From Amoeboradix gromovi X-113 (Eukaryota > Fungi > Sanchytriomycota): a DNA stretch of 32,000 nucleotides. A program made the translations under genes and the position numbers. The stretch lies in NCBI GenBank assembly GCA_018985225.1, contig JADGIF010000009.1, forward strand, positions 1-32,000. The letters are read 5' to 3'. This document shows, piece by piece, positions 19,904 through 28,602 of the stretch. How positions within the stretch are numbered: the first letter of the stretch is position 1; every line of letters begins with the position of its first letter. The notes under the pieces are model-generated. The model did no database searches. It was not told where the DNA came from and saw only the letters and a list, made by a program, of their open reading frames with translations.

Positions 19904-20788
19904 ATGTTATTTACCATAGTAGCAGCCCATTTTACTTTAATCGGATCAAGAGAACAAGCTAAGTGGCCAGCCAGCAATGAGCGCTTCTGGCCGATTAATG
20001 GCGGTGCAACATTAAGAAGCGTTGACGATTGTTTAAAGCTACCTGCCTCTAAGCCAACAGTTGTCCCAAGTGGTCCCTATACCATACATTGGGAAATTGG
20101 AAATGGTGCTCATCATGTAGGAATGTGTGAGGCATACTTGATAGATACAAAATCAGGGGCGTCAGAAAAGATTGGTGAAGAGGACAACTGCGTGAGTACC
20201 AAACAGGCATTAACAGTGGATTTAAGCAAACATTCATGTACAAGCTGTGTAATTAAAGCAACAGTAGCTGCCGATCACTTGGTTACCTCAATTGAGAACT
20301 ATGATTCGTGTATGGATGTGACATTTGACGGTTCAGCAAGCTCAGATTCCGAAAGCCAAACAACATCACCTGCTGCTAGTGAGACAGTCACAGAATCAAC
20401 GGCACCTTCTCAAGCTCCGGATACGGCCTCCGCTTCATCTGCTCCACCAACTACACCTGATGCTAATAGCGTCTCAGGTACTCCAGAAATAGGGGCAATA
20501 CCAACCCAGCCTGCTCTGACTGCTCCAGAAATAGGGGCAATACCAACCCAGCCTGCTCTGACTGCTCCAGAAATAGGAGCAATGCCAACCCAGCCTGCTC
20601 TGACTGCTCCAGAAATAGGAGCAATGCCAACCCAGCCTGCTCTGACTGCTCCAGAACTATCAAACCTTCCAGGATTTACTGCGCCATCTAATGCAGAAAA
20701 TCTTACTATTAGAAAGCAAAGAAAAAGGCGCCATAGGCTTTCCAGAAATGTCGGAACAGCAGCTCCAGCCGTAGGAGTGCCTTACTAA
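19904..20788 (+). CDS. Secreted LPMO-like (putative histidine-brace copper) protein with Ser/Thr/Pro-rich repetitive tail
   Basis: Hydrophobic leader ending VAA|HFTL (His1), then GAHHVGMCEAYL, CxxCVI and ENYDSCMDV, followed by a low-complexity linker. Confidence 0.62.
   Translation: MLFTIVAAHFTLIGSREQAKWPASNERFWPINGGATLRSVDDCLKLPASKPTVVPSGPYTIHWEIGNGAHHVGMCEAYLIDTKSGASEKIGEEDNCVSTKQALTVDLSKHSCTSCVIKATVAADHLVTSIENYDSCMDVTFDGSASSDSESQTTSPAASETVTESTAPSQAPDTASASSAPPTTPDANSVSGTPEIGAIPTQPALTAPEIGAIPTQPALTAPEIGAMPTQPALTAPEIGAMPTQPALTAPELSNLPGFTAPSNAENLTIRKQRKRRHRLSRNVGTAAPAVGVPY
20481..20656 (+). repeat. 42-nt coding tandem repeat, ~4.2 units (TAPEIGA[I/M]PTQPAL)
   Basis: ctccagaa recurs at 20481, 20523, 20565, 20607 and 20649; the units are nearly identical. 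Confidence 0.97.
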
Positions 20789-20881
20789 TATAATAAACTT
20801 TGGTTTTAGTAACTGCATTGTTTAATTTTAAACCTATTCTTTCTAAAGACAGACAACTTGATTAAATTAGTTTTATTAGAA

Positions 20882-22097
20882 TCATTGATGCAAATGTCCG
20901 CTTGTGGCAAATTGACTGCTCCACACAAATGCCTGACTAAGCATACTCTCTATGTCTCTGCTTGTCCATGTTTTTGTATCGGGATTCTGTAAAATGGTCA
21001 TAATTCCTACAAAATCATTCTTCAATATTTTTTCTTTAAATCTTTGCAGAAATGAAGCGCAAACATACAGATGAAAATTAGAAAAAGCATCCTTCGCGCC
21101 TTCACTTAAATAAGTATCCCAAATCCTTATTATTTGAGGTAACTGAAACTCTCTTATCAATAAACAGTTCATCCACCTGAACCCAAATTGTAAGAACTCA
21201 ACGTTTTCAGCATCCAATTGCTTAACAAGCGCAGGTTCAACTCGCTTCATTAGTTCTTTTAACTGGATGATTTGGCGTTGAATTCCTGGTTGAGTATAAG
21301 TATAATGATCCTGTATTCTTTCTATAAGTTTGGTTAAGCACCAGTAGCACAAAGATTCCAATTCATCCATTTTATCGGAAGAGAGCTCAGCAGGATCATA
21401 GTCATTAACATTCTCAATCCCGAGTATGTTAGAGAGGAAAATAGAAAAGAATGGAGTTAACAAATCATTCATACCTATATAAGTTGGATTTACCTTGAAC
21501 ATAATTTGTTGTTGGATGGCGAATAGACCAGACATACAATATACGAAGCATTGCTTTTTGAGTGGCTTCTTTTTGATATAGAGCAATGCTTGGATGTGTT
21601 CTGGGCATATCAATTGATATCTGATGCCAAGTTGTTTCTTCCTTTGATTCACTAAGGGTTATAGAGCGCTGTTCTAGGTATTCAGTTTTGCGTTTGTTTA
21701 TGAAACTGGCTCTTTTATCGGCATCATTAGGCTGAACCATGCCGATTAAGATTGGCCAAATAGCTGCTCTTAATTTATTTGTAGGTATACCGTTCCAGCA
21801 CAACTTCCGTAGCTCAACTATATTTAGGGACTCAGAAGAGAGTAGAGCAGATAACCGCTCAGAAAGAGATGCAGGAGATACAATGTTATTTTGGTTGGAT
21901 GTGGAAGAATTGATAGAAGATTCAGACGCTTTGCGATCTTTAGTTTTATTTTCAACTGTCCATAAATCATCATCTGACATTTGCTCTTTCACTTGGACCT
22001 TTGGAGGCTTTAATACAGAAAAAAAATCCAACAAGGATGATGGTTCCTCATCTTCTCTAGTTATTTTAGCAGGAACCAATTTTGGGGAAGTCCACAT
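20882..22097 (-). CDS. GYP1: TBC-domain Rab GAP Gyp1/TBC1D22-like, 2 exons: 22097-21494 and 21474-20882
   Basis: LRKLCWNGIP, WHQISIDMPRT, YVQG|MNDLLTPF after splicing, FLQFGFRWMNCLLIREF, RIWDTYLSE. Confidence 0.95.
21475..21493 (-). other. 19-nt spliceosomal intron (gtaaatccaacttatatag)
   Basis: GT..AG boundaries; removal restores the TBC motif YVQGMND exactly. Confidence 0.95.
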
Positions 22098-22243
22098 CTT
22101 TGTTTCGTAAATGAATTTTTAAGAATATCATCAATACCATAGAGAATTGACTCAGAAATCAATGAAGCATAAAACGTGAATCATAATAATCCTGATCGTG
22201 TTTCTGCACAAATCCTCGTCTACAAAGTGGCTGTGTTAAAAGA

Positions 22244-24842
22244 ATGTCATTTTTGAAATCAAGCAATAGTTTTGGCTCTCTGTTAGATGGAAAGTTTTTC
22301 CACAAGCTAAAGAGATCGGCCACAAACTCTTCCGAGGCGTTTGAATCGAAGCCAAGTACCGGATTTTTAATTAAAGACTTTAAGGGAAATGGAAGCAAAA
22401 TTGAATTACCTTGTGATATGGGTGAGCAAGTAGAAATTTTGGCGTATGTTGATGATTTAAGTTATGTATGTAGAAATTCGGATTCCAAAATTGGCATAAT
22501 TCCAAACGAGTTTTTGAATTTGGAAACCTTGTCAAAATTTGAAGTACCAAGCATCAGGAACTTTATAAATTCTGAATTTTCTCAGGACAAAAACTTCTCA
22601 GCATTCGTCATGCATTACGAGCTAAGTAGATCAATGGATGACCATAAAAGCGATTATTTTATCGGTACAAAGTCAAAATTATCCGCATCACAACCACAGC
22701 TAGCAATCCTTCCCTATCTGGATGTCATAAAAATTGGTAAATTCAACTCTAGCAATACAATCGATGCAACTTTGGTAACAGTGTACAGCGAATTTGAAAA
22801 CAAAAAGATATTAATTGAGACAGACTGGACTTTAGGTGAGACTAAAAATAACATCCTAGACAAGTTTAAAATTTTAGATAAAGAAAGATACCAACTTATG
22901 ATTAAACTCAACAATAGCCTTACTCCGTTGACTGATTTTTTGTATTCCGCATTGATGCAGGATATTATGGCTGAAAAAAACATATACATTCGAAAGATAT
23001 CGAGATCTAAAAAGCAACACAGTCCCAACTCTTTATCAAAATCGGGTTCTAATGTGTTAAGCCGCACTCCAATCTCTTTATCAAAATCGGGTTCCAATCT
23101 GCTAAATCGCAGCATATCAATGAAGAAAGCCAAACACTTTGAAAACATAAATTATGGCACACTACTAAATGATTTTACAACTCATAGAAATACAAAGTGG
23201 CAACCAGGAGAGAATCTTATTATTTTAGCATTTATCAGTAAATCAAACCCGCTTTTCGTCTGCAAAGGGTCTAATTCTGTAATAGATGCAATTCCTACAA
23301 AACAAATTAATTTTCAAGGCAGTAAATCTGAATTACCAACTTTAGAAGATTTGAGAGTCGAATCAACAAATGATCAAGAGCTGGCCGACTTTTTTGCTAA
23401 CTATGATTGGACCAGGCAGGTTTATACTCCAATATCTGTGAAGGAACCATTTAGGCAAGTGCGTCTACGCAGTAACTCTTCTCCACTAACTACAGAAAAA
23501 GACCCAATCAAGATTAAAGCTATCTCTAATGATTCTATCAGTGTCAAATCTTCTAACATAGATGTTGTACAAACCACTTTAACGGTTATTGGAGAAGAGG
23601 CAGAAACTAAAAGAATTATGATAGATTTGGAATGGACATTATCCACATTTCAAAACTATGTATATGGAAAATTCAAAGTAAGTAATCCAGGCGAGTATCA
23701 GTTACTAATTGTGAGCAAAGGGTCCCCAACCGAAGTGACTGAAAAAATATTTTTCAAGTTTCTTAGTGATAATAGAGAGAAAATTGTATATCTAAAAAAA
23801 AAGAATTTTTACAACTTAGAAATTAAACCCTCAGCAGAGATTTCTAAATCAAAAAGCGAATTTTCAACTGATGCAAATCGTGATTCGATGGATTCCATGA
23901 CTAATTTTACTGATTCTATTCGTAATGGTACCGTATTTAAAGTATTACAAAAAGGCGAAAAAGCGCCTTACAGTCCTGAATCAAGAGACAATGGGATATT
24001 AGTTCAAACTGTTTTAAAAGGTAGATTGTTGGGGAAAGGAAACTCCGCAATTGTTTATCTTGGAATGGAGAGCAAAACGGGGAAAGCCATTGCAATTAAA
24101 GAGATAGAAATATCCTCAAAATATACAACTAAAGAGGAAATGCAATCCGTCGCAAATGTACTGAAAAAAGAAACGCTATTACTGAAAAAAATGAAGCATG
24201 AAAACATTGTAGAATACTATGGATTTAATATGGTAGGTGGAAAACTTCAGCTGCTCCTTGAATATGTACCAGGTGGTAGCATACAATCGATGATTGCGAA
24301 CTGTAATACATTTCCGGACTCTTTGGTTATTAATTTTTCAAGAGAAATACTACGCGGTCTAGTATATTTACATGACAGACACGTGCTTCATAGAGATATC
24401 AAGTCATCTAATCTACTGATTGATGACAAGGGACATTGCAAGCTGACTGACTTTGCATATGCCGTAAATTATGTTAATCTAGGTAAGCGAAAACAAGAAG
24501 AATGAAGTGAGCTTTATCAACTCAAACTATCTAAGAAACTCAGAGTTGCAATCCTCGGTTTATTGGATGGCGCCTGAAGTGGTGTGTTATTTGCACTACA
24601 GCACTGCCTCTGATGTATGGGCTTTTTGCTGCGTTATGATAGAAATGTACACTGCCAAATTACCATGGGGTGATATTGGTCAGGTAGAAGCGTTGTTTAA
24701 GATTGGAAAGCAAATGGCACCGCCATACCCAGAGTCCATTTCAATCCTTGCATTAGATGTTCTAAAAAAGGGGATGGCCATTGATTACAAAACACGACCT
24801 TCTGCGTCTGCCATTCTTAAGCATCCATACCTAAACTCGTAG
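22244..24842 (+). CDS. STE11/Bck1-like MAP kinase kinase kinase with two SH3-like + PB1/ubiquitin-like modules, 2 exons: 22244-24463 and 24483-24842
   Basis: LGKGNSAIVY, AIKEI, LEYVPGGSI, HRDIKSSN, DFA, VYWMAPEV, DVWAFCC and ALFKIG. The frame is joined by a 19-nt intron. Confidence 0.88.
24464..24482 (+). other. 19-nt spliceosomal intron (gtaaattatgttaatctag)
   Basis: GT..AG boundaries; removal joins DFAYA to VSENKKNEVSF...YWMAPE in frame. Confidence 0.88.
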
Positions 24843-25525
24843 ATATCTATTAGTTTTTGTACTTCTACATCTATTGGCATGTGGGATGTTCTTAATAAAT
24901 ATGTTCCTTAATGTAACATTAAGGTTAACCAATCTTCCACTATAATAGCTTAAACCAAAAAACTTCTTCCTAATGATAAATCATTTGATCATCATTAGAT
25001 GTCCTAATTTACATGAAAATCTGTAATTCCCGCAAAAAATCTGACAAAGAGTCGCCCCTTGCGGTGGTTGCTCATGTCCTTACTACCGTAAAGCGGGGTT
25101 GAGTATGGATGTATATAAGTACATGCTTCTCAATGCCACATCTTTTAATCTCCTTCCAAACCTTTTATGTTTGGGCATACGGAAAGTCCTCAGACATAAC
25201 ACTGCCTTATCGTTCTATAATTTCTTTTACTTTGTTGCATGAAACTCTAGATAATGACTTGACTTCTTTTAAGGAAGAAATGGAAACTCAAGCTATTTTT
25301 AATGTCTTGCCGGTTTCTAGGAACAACTCTTCTGATGATGGAAGACATCTCATAGCCCTTGAGGAATGTCCGTTATTCATTTACTATTGATTTCTATAGT
25401 ATGACACATTGAAGAGGAGACAATTTGGAGCTATTGGTAAATAAGGGAAGGGAAGAATTTCCAGCTTTTATGGTCCCAGAAAAGTCTAGAATCTGAACGC
25501 ATTCGAAAGATGTAGCTGTTCAGCG

Positions 25526-26116
25526 ATGATTTTTGAAATCATTGTGTTGTTTCGTGGTAACTCTGAAACCACAGTTTTAGTCAAGCCAAGAATGAGTTCG
25601 GATAAAATTCTTTTGGTCGACTCTAAATCCATTCTAGCAGCAAGCTGTTTGATCCACAACTCTATCCCACTAATCCAGATCAAAGTGATAAAAATTTTAT
25701 TTCACTCGGAAATTGAATATCTTGACCATTTACAAAAGCAGTCGATAAAACTAGCATATCTGAACTTAGATCATTTGGTGATGACCCATAAGATAATACG
25801 GGATAGCTTGGCGGATTTGGTTCATGGAACTGATATTTTTGAAGTCGTCAACCTTTTGTCTTCTCTTATTCCCAAAATATTGAAGCAATCCACAGAAGTA
25901 ATCAAGTCGTGCCAAGTTAATATATTGCAGTATGACAATATTCAAGTGAAAACTCTGGTTTGTTACATCTGGAACAGAATCACGGAATATCCAAAACTAC
26001 TAAACGAGTTGCTAGTTTTAAGCAGCGATTTCAATTCTTCGGAGATATCTGCCATTGAGCTCTGCAGTATGAAATTCCGATGGATGATCATCGACTTGCA
26101 TGTACTTTGTCAATAA
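25526..26116 (+). CDS. Hypothetical protein with a degenerate Dbl-homology (RhoGEF)-like region
   Basis: VIKILFHSEIEYLDHL and IWNRITEYPKLLNELL resemble DH conserved regions 1 and 3. The 5' structure is unresolved. Confidence 0.45.
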   Translation: MIFEIIVLFRGNSETTVLVKPRMSSDKILLVDSKSILAASCLIHNSIPLIQIKVIKILFHSEIEYLDHLQKQSIKLAYLNLDHLVMTHKIIRDSLADLVHGTDIFEVVNLLSSLIPKILKQSTEVIKSCQVNILQYDNIQVKTLVCYIWNRITEYPKLLNELLVLSSDFNSSEISAIELCSMKFRWMIIDLHVLCQ

Positions 26117-26411
26117 TAAATAGGTATATACTCTACAAAAAAGAGAAAATATTTAAAGCAAATATGCCAGGTAAATGAACCAAAATAGATAGTTCCATTA
26201 TTTTATGATCATAAAAACTCCTCTTATTTCGCTTTAAACTTCGAAATATGTAAAACCCAATGTTTTTCCACAGGTGTATGCACTTGGGACACACTCTGTG
26301 AAAATAAGACTAGGGTACATCATAAGTTGGCCAATTATGTTTAATTTTGACTCTATTTATTGCTAGTTTGACTTTGTTATTACAAATATCATTCAATATG
26401 AGACTTAAAAC

Positions 26412-27960
26412 TCAATTCGTATTTATGCAAACCTTAAAAATACTCATTGCTAAAGGCGACCATTTGAGACCTCTCGCTCCTTTGATATTGGTATCATGTA
26501 GTGAAGGACGAAGTTGCCAGCTTGGTTTTTTAAACTCTGTCGTAAAGCTAATAAATACATCTCTGATATTCAAGCCTGCGTTTTCATCGTTGGCGATCGC
26601 TGTGGAGCATGTTGCGCATGTCCTAAGTATTTCGCTTTTTATTGACATCTTACTTGCATTTATAGCATTTCTTCAATGTGCGCTCTTCAGGAATAGTGAG
26701 TATCTCTCAATCTCGAAAACTGATGCAAGAGTAGTATATTGGGTACAGGATTGTTTTCGTGTACATGCGCATTGCTTCCATCTCCACATACGATAGATCG
26801 CCTTAGTGGCCGCTTGCGATTTTTTAGTTGCGTCTCTTCTGACCTGTAACCAGTTCATTGTACATCATATACACGATGTTCTTTTTGAGTCCCAAACTTC
26901 CGAGGCGCCATCGCTTCAGTGGTTTCTGGCAATAAAACCAGATAAGCTTTCGTGTGTGGTGCTATGGCGTTGAGGTACTCGACACTCGCGATGTCATGTT
27001 TATTTCTCATTGATTCAATCTCCTTTTAGTTCTGGTTAGTGAACATCGGATCCATGTACTCGTTAAAAGTCCTGATTTCCGAGAAAATCGAGAATTTCCA
27101 CAAAGAAACTAGCAATGCTAGATGCTCCGTTACAGTGATTGCTAACGCTTTCACTACCCTGAGGCGAGATTGAATAAGGATGCAGATACTTGATGTGTAT
27201 GTTCCTTGTTGCCATATAATCTCTGTTGTTGCACACGTGATAAGAACAACACATACGAATTATTAAATAAATAGTTTGCAGGCTTTTTTATCCCTGATCT
27301 CTTTCTAGACATTGAAAGACGTCTAAATTTTCCATGTTTGGACCAGTTCCTCAACGTTGATGTATGTATATTACAACTATTAGTTGTTTCTTTAGATTTG
27401 ACATATTCAGGATTACAACTATTGATTACATTTACCATTTGCGAAAAGGAAGAAAATCGAGTATTTGAGCTACTAGAAAAATCTGGAAAAGTCTTGAAAT
27501 TATACAAAAATGCATACAAATTCGCGATAAATTATTTATTTTATAAAATTCAATAGCCGAAAACTAAATATTCTCTATACTGTAAATTAGTCTTTTTACA
27601 GGATCTAAAACAGCACAATCGATATCACGTAGTTAAGTCAATCCGTCATTTTCAAATCTAGCTATCTCAAGAAGGGTTTACGGATGTCAGAAGTCGCGTT
27701 TTCGAGGCATGCTTTATTGGGCTCTTGTGCGTTGGCCACTTTATTTGGGATACACTCTGAGACAAAGTAGATGTCTTTATTATTCTTTTTCTTTCGCCTG
27801 ACTCTTCTATATTTGCACTCGGCTTGATTGCGATACTTTACAGGGCACTAACACCCATCAGTCGAAATCAGAGTGACATATACACTGGAACATTTCAGTG
27901 TGTATAGAAAGTATCTCAGTATACATCCAATATCGAATGTTACCAATCTCTCTAAATCGC
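26412..27960 (-). pseudogene. Decayed Fanzor1 (eukaryotic TnpB-derived RNA-guided nuclease) gene, interrupted by IS607/Fanzor2 copy D
   Basis: Ordered motifs across frameshifts: ISTDG(VSA) at 27868-27854; RuvC-I CAVLDP (D at 27605-27603); FSAIEFY; FYCQKPLKRWRL; IVCGDGS..NPVPN; TIPEERTLKKCYKC (E at 26688-26686); CATC..NDENAGLNI (D at 26588-26586); KKPSW. The 5' end is undefined and may reach ~28160 or beyond. Confidence 0.82.
27059..27540 (-). mobile_element. Non-autonomous IS607/Fanzor2 element, copy D (retains TnpA N-terminal HTH; extreme left end missing)
   Basis: Left-end body matches copies A, C and E. An ATG at 27438 begins MVNVINSCNPEYVKSKETTNSCNIHTSTLRNWSKHGKF (MerR-like HTH of IS607 serine recombinases). 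The 3' part reads RDYMATRNI...TTTTAACGAG. Confidence 0.9.
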
Positions 27961-28602
27961 GGACATGGAAAGTATCTCAATGAAATAGATTATTTGGAAG
28001 TTATATGTAGACACTAATTGAACAAGATTTAACGACTCTCCGCCTTTTCGGATTTCAGTTGTTGTACAGTGTCTAAAAGGCTCCTTTTCTGTTTTTATTC
28101 CAGCGTTGTTTCTCTTTACCAATTTCAAATACATCGGAGTAAAATAAAAAAGGGTATACATTTATCTAATATGCTTAAGACGCACTGTAAAAAGTTTGTT
28201 ATGAAATTGTTCTGTTGCTATTTTAGAGTTGAACTTTATAAACTGATTTTGAAATTGCAGGTCGTTTTATTTTTACATTTACACATTCAAGTCTAATGAT
28301 AAATCAAATTTATATTTAAAATTACTTACAAGTCACCTTGTAATTTTTTATATTAAAAACAGGATGGCGAGAAGCTAGAATAGAAGCATACTTGGCATGT
28401 GCAAATGATGAAGATGGGTTTAACAATAGAGTGCGGTTATTTGAAAGATAGTTTCTGGTTATAAAAGAAAGTTGAAGATTTAAAAGCTACAAATGAAAAA
28501 CTAAGTTTAGACGTCTTGGATGGCATCGAAATGGAATTGTTGTACCATTCTTCATTAAAAGTTGTTGATGAATACTTGCTTGACATGTTTATTTATTTTC
28601 AT

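Noticed and set aside
20481-20656. Regular repeats as a CRISPR array
   Set aside because: The units are contiguous, in-frame 42-mers with no unique spacers: a coding minisatellite.
4189-24507. Split ORFs as programmed frameshifts, pseudogenes or an alternative genetic code
   Set aside because: Each break is exactly explained by a GT-AG 19-nt intron, and TAA, TAG and TGA all terminate conserved genes normally.
25437-25455. Another 19-nt GT..AG candidate (gtaaataagggaagggaag)
   Set aside because: It lacks the -6 A and the TAG end, and its removal does not join ORF 25109-25390 to ORF 25526-26116.
26399-28296. Possible terminal inverted repeat of the Fanzor1 element (AGACTTAAA at 26401 vs TTCAAGTCT near 28290)
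   Set aside because: Only an 8/9 match in AT-rich DNA, which is not distinguishable from chance.
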